Shown: one piece after another, positions 40,742 through 50,387 of the stretch
How positions within the stretch are numbered: position 1 is the stretch's first letter
How the letters are laid out: each line of letters opens with the position of its first letter
Assembly: GCA_963801815.1 (NCBI GenBank)
Contig: CAWDGJ010000003.1
Location: 224,001 to 288,000, forward strand
Source: an uncultured Verrucomicrobiae bacterium
Lineage (GTDB): Bacteria > Verrucomicrobiota > Verrucomicrobiia > Chthoniobacterales > UBA10450
Reading direction: 5' to 3'
DNA: 64,000 bases
Translations under genes and position numbers: made by a program
The notes under the pieces: model-generated
The model's input: the letters and a program-made list of their open reading frames with translations, nothing else
The model's database searches: none
What the model was told of the DNA's origin: nothing

Positions 40742-42580
40742 TCAGGCAGTATAACCGAAGCGTGCGTCCAAATGTTTGAGAGCGTCCGCGGCAAAAGCCT
40801 GGTCTTCGGGCGAAAGATAGTCGCGATACCCACCCACTTTACCGCGACGGACTTTGAACGATTCAGGATTTCGCGCATCCCGCGGGCGAAGGATCTTGGA
40901 ATCGAAAACGCCCGTGGCTTCGAGGCGTTGCATGTTGGCGAAATCGGAAAACTCGAGTGCATACTTGAACGCTACCGGGTCAGGCGACCTTTCTCCGAGG
41001 GTGGTGAGGATGGCGCGGAAGTTTTCCTCCGGCGCAGCCCGCAGCGACTCGTAGTGAAGCAGCGTGAAATTTTTTCGGCGCCCGAATTCCGCAAACCAAT
41101 CGTTCATCGTTTTGATGAGCGACATGATGCCGTAGCGACGGTCGCGCATCAGGTCGCCAACTTTTTTTTCCTTCAACTGTTGCGGAGTTTCGCGAGTACG
41201 GTGGACCAGCTGCATGTAAAGCGAGACAAATGCGTCGCGTGGATCCCGCACCAACAAAATCACACGCGCCCGTGCGAGCTCGCGCGCCGGCACGAGATAC
41301 TTTCCGCGAATGCGGTCCCAAAGCCGGCCTTTCATTCGTTGCTCTGCGAAATCGTGCGAGAAAATCAGACGTGGGATGCTCGGGTCGTGGTAATGATCGG
41401 GCCTGAGCGTGAAGGGCCGGCCCGCGCGTTTACAGAAGTAAGCACAAAGAAAAGTGCGGACCCACGTGCGCCCGCTTTTGGGAACTGAAATGACGATCGC
41501 GTCGCCGCCGGAAAGTTCGCGGGCCCGGCTGCTGAAATTCCATCTTCGGAATGCACTGCCGGCGACGGGAGAAGGCGAATCGCCCGGGATCTGCGCAACT
41601 TCCCGCAAGAGTTTCACGTAACCCTGTGCGAAAGTCTCCAGCGAATAACGTTGTTCGATCAATTCCCGCCCGCGAATTCCAAAGGCTTTTCGTTGCTCCG
41701 AGTTCGTGATCAAACTGTCCAGAGTCTCGACCCAATCGTTCGCGTTGCGCGCAAGAAAGCCGTTTTCGCCGTGCGTGATGATCTGGCTGTTCACGCCAAC
41801 ATCGGAAGCGACCACTACTGTCCCGACGCCCATGTATTGCAAGATTTTATAACCACACTTGCCACGCGTCCAAACGGAGTCCCACAGGGGCATGATTCCA
41901 ATGTCGAAACTGGCGAGCGTTGCTTGTTCGGTTTCCAGTCGCCACGGTTCGTTTTCAACCTGAACGCCGTCTAGCTGCAAGGGCTTATCCGAAATAACCT
42001 TCAGTTTCAGTCCCGGAAAACGCGCGCTCAGTTGCTGCAGGGCTGGATGTATGTGGCGCAAATACGGAAGGCCGTCGCTCAAACCGAGCCAACCGATCGT
42101 CAAGCCGAGGCCGTCGCGAGGCTGTTTCAATTTATATTTCGTTAAATCGATCGACGTCGGAAGAATCACTGCACGCCGTCCACACGCTTCCGCGAAGCAC
42201 GCGAGAAAATCGTTTCCCGCCACAACCGCCTCGCAGTGCCTGACCGTCCGCAAAAATTTCTTGAACGTCTTTGCCCGGAGAGGCCGGCGATGCTTCTGCT
42301 CTCGAAACATCACCGCATCATCAAAATCGAAAACAATACGGCGATTTGTTCGTTGCAAGAGGCCAAGCTCCAGCTCGTTGAAGCCAATTGTCTTAAACAG
42401 AACCACGACGTCGTGCAGCGCTGCTTCCTTTAAAACGCGAAGGCGATCGCCCAAACTCGAGCGACGCGCGGGCAGCACCGTCGCTTCGACTCCAAGGCGT
42501 TGATATTGCTCAAGACAATCGCGCAAACGCAGCCGCGTGCTGGGCGCATTACCGTGTTCGACGACGCAGAGGACCTTCAT
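40742..42580 (-). CDS. Glycosyltransferase family 4 - sulfotransferase fusion
   Basis: N-half STRLR, FDFDDA, GKCGYKILQYM, GENGFL (GT-B); C-half PKSGRTW, RDPRDAFVS, RRGKVGGY; single uninterrupted 612-aa ORF. Confidence 0.88.
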   Translation of the reverse strand: MKVLCVVEHGNAPSTRLRLRDCLEQYQRLGVEATVLPARRSSLGDRLRVLKEAALHDVVVLFKTIGFNELELGLLQRTNRRIVFDFDDAVMFREQKHRRPLRAKTFKKFLRTVRHCEAVVAGNDFLACFAEACGRRAVILPTSIDLTKYKLKQPRDGLGLTIGWLGLSDGLPYLRHIHPALQQLSARFPGLKLKVISDKPLQLDGVQVENEPWRLETEQATLASFDIGIMPLWDSVWTRGKCGYKILQYMGVGTVVVASDVGVNSQIITHGENGFLARNANDWVETLDSLITNSEQRKAFGIRGRELIEQRYSLETFAQGYVKLLREVAQIPGDSPSPVAGSAFRRWNFSSRARELSGGDAIVISVPKSGRTWVRTFLCAYFCKRAGRPFTLRPDHYHDPSIPRLIFSHDFAEQRMKGRLWDRIRGKYLVPARELARARVILLVRDPRDAFVSLYMQLVHRTRETPQQLKEKKVGDLMRDRRYGIMSLIKTMNDWFAEFGRRKNFTLLHYESLRAAPEENFRAILTTLGERSPDPVAFKYALEFSDFANMQRLEATGVFDSKILRPRDARNPESFKVRRGKVGGYRDYLSPEDQAFAADALKHLDARFGYTA

Positions 42581-42626
42581 CTTTGATTCGCCAGGCGACT
42601 TCTAAACAGCAGTTTCGATCACGAAT

Positions 42627-43394
42627 TCAGATTCTTCCAGTGCCCCACCGCCGATGGAGGAAACGCTCCCACGGCGAAAAAAGAATTTTGTCGGCCAGCA
42701 ATCCGATTGCCACGATCACGATCATGATCCCGATCACCTGATCCATCGCGTTTAGCTCGCGACCGTAATGAAGAAGATGGCCGAGTCCGAAGCCGGTAAG
42801 GATCGTCACGTAAATCTCCGCCGCCATCAGCGAGCGCCAGGCGAACGCCCAACCCTGTTTCATTCCGCTAATCAAGTACGGAAGCGATGCCGGAAGGATC
42901 ACGTAGATCCATCGATGGAACGGACCTGAGCCCATGGTTCGTGCAGCGCGCGCATAAATCGGCGGCAACGTGCGTACGCCGGTGTCAGTTGCAATGACGA
43001 CAGACCAAACTGTTCCCATGATCACGACAAACAGCATGGCTCCTTCAGTTTGGCCGAACCAGAGCAGCGCCAGCGGCACCCAGCAAACACTCGGCAGCGT
43101 TTGTAATCCGAGCGCAAGAACGCCGATCGTGTCTTCGAAGAATTTGCGTGATGCGGTTAATAATCCGAGCGGTAAACCAATCACAAGTCCGATGAAATAG
43201 CCGATCAGGAGACGTCTCAATGTCACCAGAGTTGCGCTGAGCAAAGTTCCGTCGCGCGCGCTGCTAACCAGATAGTCGAGCACACTGCGCGGCGACGGGA
43301 GTAGGACCGGCGACCAGATTTGCGCGCGGACGAGCAGGCCCCAGACCGCCACGATCGCGACAAAAAACAAAATCGCCAGAAATGCGCGTCTCAT
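42627..43394 (-). CDS. ABC permease, NitT/TauT (SsuC-like)
   Basis: LQTLPSVCWVPL, AARTMGS, LPASLP and WRSLMAAE motifs. Confidence 0.9.
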   Translation of the reverse strand: MRRAFLAILFFVAIVAVWGLLVRAQIWSPVLLPSPRSVLDYLVSSARDGTLLSATLVTLRRLLIGYFIGLVIGLPLGLLTASRKFFEDTIGVLALGLQTLPSVCWVPLALLWFGQTEGAMLFVVIMGTVWSVVIATDTGVRTLPPIYARAARTMGSGPFHRWIYVILPASLPYLISGMKQGWAFAWRSLMAAEIYVTILTGFGLGHLLHYGRELNAMDQVIGIMIVIVAIGLLADKILFSPWERFLHRRWGTGRI

Positions 43395-44194
43395 GATGCG
43401 ACCGTGGCTTCCTTGTAACCTCTAAACACGGCCGTCAATTTGGCTGCGTGTTGCGCGATTTCGATGCTGTTGAAATCGCGCGGCCGGGGAAGTTTTACTT
43501 CGAAAATCTCCCGTAAACGTCCCGGGGTCGGCGACATTACAATTACCCGGTCCGCGAGGCAGGCCGCTTCGCGGACGTTATGGGTCACGAAAATAATTGT
43601 CTTGCGTCGCTTCTCCCAAATTCGCTGGATGTCGCCGTAAAGTTGTTCGCGTGTCATCGCATCAAGTGCCGCGAATGGTTCGTCCATCAACAAGACGCGC
43701 GGATTCGGAGCGAGCGCGCGCGCCAGCGCCACCCGTTGTTTCATTCCACCGGAAAGTTCGTGCACGTTTGCCTCCATGAATTTTTCCAAACCGACGAGTT
43801 GCAGGAAAAATTTCGCGACCTCGCGCCGTTCGGAATTGCGCAAACCCGGTTTTAGTTTCAAACCGAACATCACGTTGCCGAAAACATTCAGCCACGGAAA
43901 CAACGCCGATTCCTGGAACATCACCAGGCGGTGGCGTCCTGGATTGAATACCGGCTGATTATCCGCGAGGACCTGACCTTTGTCGGCATGTTCGAGGCCG
44001 GCGATGATGTCGAGCAAAGTCGATTTGCCGCAGCCGCTCGGGCCCACGATAACGATGAACTCGCCTTCTGAAACTTCGAACGAGATATCGTCCAGCGCGT
44101 GCACCGTTTGACGCTTTTGTTGAAACCATTTCGAAACATGATCGACAACCAGTTTCGCGGGCGGCGGACCTTTGAGTTCTTCCTGAAGCGACAT
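43391..44194 (-). CDS. ABC ATPase, NitT/TauT (SsuB-like)
   Basis: GPSGCGKST, LFPW, LSGGMKQR, LMDEPF.ALD and VTH motifs. Confidence 0.93.
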   Translation of the reverse strand: MSLQEELKGPPPAKLVVDHVSKWFQQKRQTVHALDDISFEVSEGEFIVIVGPSGCGKSTLLDIIAGLEHADKGQVLADNQPVFNPGRHRLVMFQESALFPWLNVFGNVMFGLKLKPGLRNSERREVAKFFLQLVGLEKFMEANVHELSGGMKQRVALARALAPNPRVLLMDEPFAALDAMTREQLYGDIQRIWEKRRKTIIFVTHNVREAACLADRVIVMSPTPGRLREIFEVKLPRPRDFNSIEIAQHAAKLTAVFRGYKEATVAS

Positions 44195-44371
44195 GATGGA
44201 ATTAAAAATGGCGACGGCTAAATTCTCGGCCGGAACCTGTCTTCAAATTTTTCTCAAAATCGATAATGCTAAGAGCGACAGCGTCATGAGCGAGTGCCGA
44301 TCTTGTCAGAACATCCCCGCAACAACAATCGCCGATGTTGGATTCCCGCCGTCACTGACAGAGTGCCTGGG

Positions 44372-45256
44372 CTATTTCAGCGGCCGCGCTACCATGATGC
44401 CGGTGTCACTTCGATACGTATTGAGATAAGTCGACAGCCGTGAATCCACCAGCACGCGTCCGTAATTATGCGGGGCCGATGCATGCATGAAATGCAAAAC
44501 GCCGTCGCTCGTGCGCAGGGCGAGTCCAACGTGCGATGTCGAAAACAGCCTGCCATCGTGGGAAACGATCCCGATGATGTCGCCGCTTTGCAGTTTTGGT
44601 TCGATCTTGGCCACCCGATTCTTTGGAATTTGATAGAGTGGCCGGGATGAAACGTCTGCTTCCATTCGCCCCAGCGGTCCGAGCAAAGATTGGTTCGCCG
44701 CCAGATAACGATAATGGCGCCAGCCGGCGGTCATCTCATGCGCCGCATGTGGCACGCTTCTACCGCCCAGTCTGGTGGTTAGATCTTCAACCAGACCGCG
44801 CTTGTTGTTGTCGTAGAGCCAATCCTCCAAATAATGCAGTCGCGACAGATATTCGCCGGTGCAAACCCCGCCGCGATAGCGGTCGATCTCGATGTAGTGC
44901 AGAAAATTCTCGGGCGTCCAATTCTCCTGCGGTTCGTTCAACATTCGAGCGAACGCCAGCGATGTTTCAAAAAATGTCCAGCAATCAAGCCCGGTGAAAT
45001 TGACCGAGGGCGACTCGATTCGGTTGTCGATCTCCAGAGTGTACGATTTGTAACGCGTGCCGGTCTGCGCTTGCCCGACGGCCGCCGTGCGTTCGCCGAT
45101 AGGCAGCGATTTCCAATCGTTTTCCTTCGCCTGTGACACCAGACGGGTGAATTGCGGTTCGCCTTTAAAGATTGTCTTAAACGGTAATCGCGATTCAAAC
45201 GCTCCGGCGGTTGAGCATACTAAAATGATTCCCAAAATGATTTTACAGGCCTTCAT
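44372..45256 (-). CDS. DUF1460 / NlpC-P60-like amidase-family protein with signal peptide
   Basis: LDCWTF.E, RYR.G....Y.SRLHY..DW, SHVGLA and HAS motifs. Confidence 0.85.
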   Translation of the reverse strand: MKACKIILGIILVCSTAGAFESRLPFKTIFKGEPQFTRLVSQAKENDWKSLPIGERTAAVGQAQTGTRYKSYTLEIDNRIESPSVNFTGLDCWTFFETSLAFARMLNEPQENWTPENFLHYIEIDRYRGGVCTGEYLSRLHYLEDWLYDNNKRGLVEDLTTRLGGRSVPHAAHEMTAGWRHYRYLAANQSLLGPLGRMEADVSSRPLYQIPKNRVAKIEPKLQSGDIIGIVSHDGRLFSTSHVGLALRTSDGVLHFMHASAPHNYGRVLVDSRLSTYLNTYRSDTGIMVARPLK

Positions 45257-45290
45257 TCCTTCTGAAACTGGAATCAGAAATTACGCACGT

Positions 45291-46295
45291 TCAAGTCTTG
45301 GTCATTCGATCTCGCAATGAATATACACGCGATTTGAGGAATTCTTTCGGTCGTTCGCCGCGGATCGGTTTCATGAAATAACGGAGGGACCGTCGAGTCA
45401 GGCGCGGTTCGTAGCCGAATTCCGGCATCAAATCCCGGCAGTGCGATTCTACCCAGCCGATCTCATCCTCGTGCAATTCGTGTTGCCAGCGCGACACGGG
45501 CGCCGTGCTGATATTGGCGAACCGGGTGCCGGCCGCTGAATTTCCAGTCCAAGTTTGTCCAACTTTGGTTGGATTCAGCACAACGTCCGGATCGAAACTA
45601 ATCTCGAGATAATCGCACACCTTTTGCATCGAGCTTCTCGGATCGAGGGCAAGATCTTCGTAGCCCACCACGAGACCAGGTATTTCGCCTGCACGAATCT
45701 TTTTTGCGAGTTTCGCCGCCGTCCGCCAATGCGCGATCACATAATAAACCGAGAAACGTCGCGTCTTTCGTGTGTGCTCGAGCGCAATCTGCGCGGCCAA
45801 CAGCGCGCGAGGATCACGCATCGTGAGAAGTAATTTTGCCTTCGGAAAGCGGTTGAAAATCTCCGGGACGTAATTGCGATTCGCCGGCGTCTTCTCCACC
45901 CAGCGTTTTACTTTTTCGAGGCGAACACCGGCCACATCGGCGTAAGCCTGCATCATCAGGACGAGCAAATCTCGCTTTTCATTCGCGGGATCGAAGGCGA
46001 CGCGCTCGAAAGTTTCAAGAAATTGTTGTTTCGGAAAGCCGGCATAATCCTGCCGTCCGCGCATTGCTTGAAATCCAAACAACACATTCGTCCATGATTC
46101 CTTGGTCAGGTAATCGAACTGCGCGCGGCGTCCGCGATCACGATATTTTGTCAACACGGTCGGGAAATAGGCGGTGTCCTGCGGCATCACGAGCAGCTCG
46201 GGATGACTGTCGAGCAATGACACGAGCAGCGTCGTTCCCGATTTAGCCGGACCGGCGATGAAACAGGCGCGCTCATCGAACCGCAAATTTTCCAT
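45291..46295 (-). CDS. PAPS-dependent sulfotransferase
   Basis: GPAKSGTTLL..LLDSHP, WVEKTP.N, RDPR and YEDL..DP motifs. Confidence 0.9.
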   Translation of the reverse strand: MENLRFDERACFIAGPAKSGTTLLVSLLDSHPELLVMPQDTAYFPTVLTKYRDRGRRAQFDYLTKESWTNVLFGFQAMRGRQDYAGFPKQQFLETFERVAFDPANEKRDLLVLMMQAYADVAGVRLEKVKRWVEKTPANRNYVPEIFNRFPKAKLLLTMRDPRALLAAQIALEHTRKTRRFSVYYVIAHWRTAAKLAKKIRAGEIPGLVVGYEDLALDPRSSMQKVCDYLEISFDPDVVLNPTKVGQTWTGNSAAGTRFANISTAPVSRWQHELHEDEIGWVESHCRDLMPEFGYEPRLTRRSLRYFMKPIRGERPKEFLKSRVYSLRDRMTKT

Positions 46296-46349
46296 CGCCA
46301 CGAATCTAAATGTGCTGGCTTGCAGGCACAAACTTCGGATCATTTGTGT

Positions 46350-47132
46350 ATGTCGACCTCTGACTCTCATCATTCGTCACTGGTCACTGATCACTCTGAT
46401 TTGCTTTGCAAATCGGCAGTCGCCAAACGCGCGATTGCTTTACTGCCTGACTATCAGCGAATCATTGCCGACATCCCGCCCGAAGCCGGTTTTGGCGGAA
46501 TCTGGGAGAGCGAGATGTTTCTATTTTACGCCGCTGTGAAACCGTTCGCGCCGAAACAAATCCTCGAATCGGGTCGCGCGCGCGGTAAAAGCACGCTGAT
46601 TCTCGCGCGATGCTTTTCCGAATCGCGCATCGTCAGCGTCGAGTACGAGCGTCAATCAGAAAATGCGCCCGCGGCCGAAGCGAAACTGAAAAACGAATCG
46701 AATGTCGAACTACTCTACGGCGATTCGCGCGTGATTTTGCCTGAGCGATTGCAAAGCGGCGATGCGGTTTTGATCGACGGCCCAAAAGATTTTCGCGCGC
46801 TAAAATTAGCTGTTGATCTTCTGGGCACGGAAAAGCCGTGCGCCGTGTTCGTCCACGATTTCCCGCCAAACTCGCCGCAGCGAAAATTCGCCGCGCGAAA
46901 TTTCCCGAACGCATTTTTCGGCGACGATCTGCTGTTTGAACGTTTCCAAAGCTTGGACAGTGAACGCGACCCACGTGTCTTTGGCGGAGAGGCGACCGCG
47001 CAGACCACGCCGAAGCTCACCATAGGCGGACCGGCCGCAAGTTCCCGCCGTTACGGCATTTTCGCTTGCTTGCCGCCGCCTCTCCCGAAACTCGGGTGGG
47101 TATCCCGTGTTCGGTTGAGCCTGTCGACCTGA
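46350..47132 (+). CDS. Putative class I SAM-dependent methyltransferase (Methyltransf_24-like)
   Basis: ILESGRARGKST, SVE, LYGDS, VLIDGPK and FVHD motifs. Confidence 0.7.
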   Translation: MSTSDSHHSSLVTDHSDLLCKSAVAKRAIALLPDYQRIIADIPPEAGFGGIWESEMFLFYAAVKPFAPKQILESGRARGKSTLILARCFSESRIVSVEYERQSENAPAAEAKLKNESNVELLYGDSRVILPERLQSGDAVLIDGPKDFRALKLAVDLLGTEKPCAVFVHDFPPNSPQRKFAARNFPNAFFGDDLLFERFQSLDSERDPRVFGGEATAQTTPKLTIGGPAASSRRYGIFACLPPPLPKLGWVSRVRLSLST

Positions 47133-47180
47133 GGCGGGCAGGTTTGATTCAAAGCGCCACGCTTATATGGTTCGAGGACT

Positions 47181-48128
47181 GTGCCGAATCCCTTTTCGAG
47201 AAAGCGCAAGATAGTTCGCCAAGATTCTTCCGGAGCCCCTAGGAAGTCGACGCGAGTCAAATTGCGGCCCGGTAGCGACTGGACCAAACGCAATTTCATC
47301 ACCAGCGTCTGGATTCCGTCGCTTTTCACGAAACGCTTCGGCGCGAGCGACGCGCGGCCACTTTTTCCAAGAGTAGAGCCCGGCCAGATTTGCATTACCT
47401 GGATCGGCCACGCGTCGTTTTTGATTCAGACCCACGACACGAACGTGTTGATCGATCCGATCTGGTCGATGTGGCTCAGCGTGATCAAACGATTGAAAGA
47501 ACCGGGCTTCCATCTTCATCACTTGCCGTCGATCGATTTCGTTCTCGTCACGCACGCGCATTTCGATCATCTCGATCGACGAACGCTGCGAGCGATTGCC
47601 GCCGACCAGCCGATCGTTGTTCCGGTAGGCGTTGGACGTCTCGTTCATCGGCTCGGCTTCAAGATCGTTCACGAGCTTGATGAATGGCAGACGATTGAAT
47701 TGGGACCTCTGCGAGTTTCGTTAACGCCAGCTCACCATTGGGGCGCGCGTTTTCTAGCGGATACGCACCGCGGATTCGGCGGTTTCGTGATCGGCGCGAA
47801 CGGTCGCTCGGTTTTTCATTGCGGCGACACCGCTTACTTTGAAGGCTTCAAGGAAATCGGCGAACGTCACGAAATCGAGATCGCGCTCCTGCCCATTGGT
47901 GCTTACGACCCGCCGCTCGCCCGCGAAGTGCATATGAATCCGGAAGAAGCCGTGCGCGCGTTTAACGAATTGAAAGCAAAAACGCTCGTGCCGATGCATT
48001 ACGGCACTTTCCGTCTGGGCTACGAACCGCTTGAAGAACCGCTCGAGCGGTTGCGCGAATCGGCGCGCGTTCACGGCATCGAAGACAAACTTCTGGTCAT
48101 GACCGAAGGAAAGCCCGTGGTCTTGTAG
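47181..48128 (+). CDS. MBL-fold metallo-hydrolase (NAPE-PLD/RomA-like)
   Basis: WIGHAS, THAHFDHLD, PAHHW, GDT, LPIGAY, HMNPEEA and PMHYGTF motifs. Confidence 0.9.
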   Translation: MPNPFSRKRKIVRQDSSGAPRKSTRVKLRPGSDWTKRNFITSVWIPSLFTKRFGASDARPLFPRVEPGQICITWIGHASFLIQTHDTNVLIDPIWSMWLSVIKRLKEPGFHLHHLPSIDFVLVTHAHFDHLDRRTLRAIAADQPIVVPVGVGRLVHRLGFKIVHELDEWQTIELGPLRVSLTPAHHWGARFLADTHRGFGGFVIGANGRSVFHCGDTAYFEGFKEIGERHEIEIALLPIGAYDPPLAREVHMNPEEAVRAFNELKAKTLVPMHYGTFRLGYEPLEEPLERLRESARVHGIEDKLLVMTEGKPVVL

Positions 48129-48143
48129 CAAGATTATTTTCTC

Positions 48144-48222
48144 GCCACGGATGAACACAGATGAAACACAGATTCGGAGATTTGTTTCTCTGCATCTGTG
48201 AAGATCCGTGTTCATCTGGGGC
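48144..48222. repeat. 9-10-nt periodic inverted repeat element
   Basis: GCCACGGATGAACACAGATGAAACACAGAT ... ATCTGTGAAGATCCGTGTTCATCTGGGGC. Confidence 0.75.
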
Positions 48223-50387
48223 CGAATTTCTTTGGTGCAATCGCATCGGGTGGCCTGGTTATTGGGTTCAGCCTGTTGCTCCTGTGGCACGATCCGCTCG
48301 TTTTCTGGAACGACGATTATGAATTGTCGATTCTGCCCGTGTTCAGCGATGTCGCGCACAGTTGGAGCGAAGGTCATTTCCCTTTGCTCAGCCCATATTC
48401 CTGGGTCTGTAACAATCTCGCCGGCGAGTTTCAATACGGAACGTTTTCAATTTTCGTAAACGCAGCCGTTGTTTTGATCTGGAAATTTCCGCTCGCGTTC
48501 CCTCAACAAGCCGCTGCGCTTTCGATAACACATCTCTTCGTTCTGGCGGCCGGCGCGTTTCTGCTTGCCCGCGATCGCAGGCTTTCTATTTCGCTCTCGA
48601 CGTTCGTCGCGGTGGTTGCGGCGTTGAATGGTTGGATCATTTGTTGGGGGGCAACGGATTGGTTCGGCGCGCTCGGCGCGTTTACCTGGCTGCCGTGGGC
48701 GTGGTGGGCACTTGCCCGCTCACTGGATCGGCAACGAACGAGGTGGCGATTTCTCTGGCCGGCGCCGTTCGTTTATCTACTCGTAACCGGCGGATTTCCT
48801 TACACGGTTTTGATGCTCATCGTTTTGATTGTGTGGCTGTCGATCAAATCGGTTGGCGAAACAAGGAGCTGGATGTCGATCTGGCCAATGTTCGGCGGCG
48901 CCGCGCTCGGTTTTGGATTATCGGCGCCAGCTTGGCTTGCAATCTTCGATTACGTCTCGGGCTCCGCGCGCTCGGTGCAATCTGCGGGCGCGCATTGGCA
49001 ATGGATCGTGCCCTGGCGCGCATTGCCTGCATTTCTCTTGCCGTGTTGGACAGTCCATTGGGCCGATTTCGCGACCCATTACCTTCCGCATACCGCAACG
49101 GAGTTAGCGTGCGGCCTGGCCGCGCCCGCTGCGCTCGTCGCCGGATTCCTCTGGCGGCCGCGCTTGGTGATTAGGCGACTCAAATGGGAACTGATTCTTC
49201 TCGTTGTGTTGCTTGCGCTTTGCATGGCTCCGATGGCCGGGGTTTTTCGATGGAGTTTTCGATGGCTCCCATTCTTCCATCTCGTGCTCGCGCTTTGCGC
49301 GGCCCGCGTCTTGCAACTGCGACCGCGCCTGGCAGTTGGCTCGACAGCATTTCTGCTCTTGATCGTTGTTACAATTCCGATGTCGATCCTAAACACCGGC
49401 GGTCCAGACGGCGCCGCATTGACTTGGGTTTATTTTGAGATCGCAGCTGTGTGGGCGCTGTTAGAATTGTTTCTGCCAATAGCCAAAATACGCGAATGGG
49501 CGCCACCGTGCGCCACCTTTGCCGTATTGCTCGCGACCTACATTTGCATTGCGCCGAATTGCGGGGTGCCGAAATACAATTTGAGCCAGGATTTGCTAAA
49601 ACCGGAACCACTCGATCCGCAGCGCCTTTATCTCAGCATCTATCCCCCGCCTGAAACAGATTATCGCGTCGAGAAAAAACCGCATCCAGTCGGTCAACTC
49701 GTTAGGCTCGGGAGCACTTCAATGTGGGCGGGAGTGCGTTTCGTCAACGGTTATAGCCCGATTCTGCCTGCCGGGGTCGCGCGCGATCTTGATTTTCGTG
49801 TTCACGGCGAAATCAATCTGCACGAGGCCGAGTATCTCTTTTGGTTTCAATCGGACAAGGATCGATTGCTTGCCCAACTTGGAGTCGACGGAATCGTCGT
49901 CGCATGGGACGCAGGCGTCGATCCCGCGCTCGGCTCGGATTGGGAGTTCGTTAAATCAACCGACGAAGGCGCGGTTTATCATCGAATTGGGGCGCCGCTT
50001 GCGCGCGTTCGTTCTGTTACGTCGATCGACTCCCGGCCAAATACCCAATTTGTCTCGGCGACGATTTCAAAGATCAATGACACCCGAAATCGTCTCTCGG
50101 CAGATATCGATGTTCCGCGCGGAGGTCCGTCCGCGCTTCTGACTTTTTCGCGCCCGTTCTTTCGCGGTTACGAAGCACGAATCGGTGCCAAAAGATTGCC
50201 CGTCGATTCGTATCGCAGTCTTTTTCCAATCGTTGAAGTGCCATCCGGCGTGCGCGGCCGCCTAACCTTAGTTTATCGCCCGTGGTGGCTGATTTCAGGG
50301 TGCGCAATGTCGATCTCGTGCGCCGGCGTCTGGCTGTTTGGAATATTGAGCGCACTGCGCGCACGAATTACCAATGCCAGTAATTAA
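48198..50387 (+). CDS. YfhO-like polytopic membrane protein (GT-C glycosyltransferase-like)
   Basis: NDD in the first loop, G.FPLLSPY, many TM helices, NGYSP, RPFFRGYEA and LVYRPWW. Confidence 0.7.
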   Translation: MKIRVHLGPNFFGAIASGGLVIGFSLLLLWHDPLVFWNDDYELSILPVFSDVAHSWSEGHFPLLSPYSWVCNNLAGEFQYGTFSIFVNAAVVLIWKFPLAFPQQAAALSITHLFVLAAGAFLLARDRRLSISLSTFVAVVAALNGWIICWGATDWFGALGAFTWLPWAWWALARSLDRQRTRWRFLWPAPFVYLLVTGGFPYTVLMLIVLIVWLSIKSVGETRSWMSIWPMFGGAALGFGLSAPAWLAIFDYVSGSARSVQSAGAHWQWIVPWRALPAFLLPCWTVHWADFATHYLPHTATELACGLAAPAALVAGFLWRPRLVIRRLKWELILLVVLLALCMAPMAGVFRWSFRWLPFFHLVLALCAARVLQLRPRLAVGSTAFLLLIVVTIPMSILNTGGPDGAALTWVYFEIAAVWALLELFLPIAKIREWAPPCATFAVLLATYICIAPNCGVPKYNLSQDLLKPEPLDPQRLYLSIYPPPETDYRVEKKPHPVGQLVRLGSTSMWAGVRFVNGYSPILPAGVARDLDFRVHGEINLHEAEYLFWFQSDKDRLLAQLGVDGIVVAWDAGVDPALGSDWEFVKSTDEGAVYHRIGAPLARVRSVTSIDSRPNTQFVSATISKINDTRNRLSADIDVPRGGPSALLTFSRPFFRGYEARIGAKRLPVDSYRSLFPIVEVPSGVRGRLTLVYRPWWLISGCAMSISCAGVWLFGILSALRARITNASN

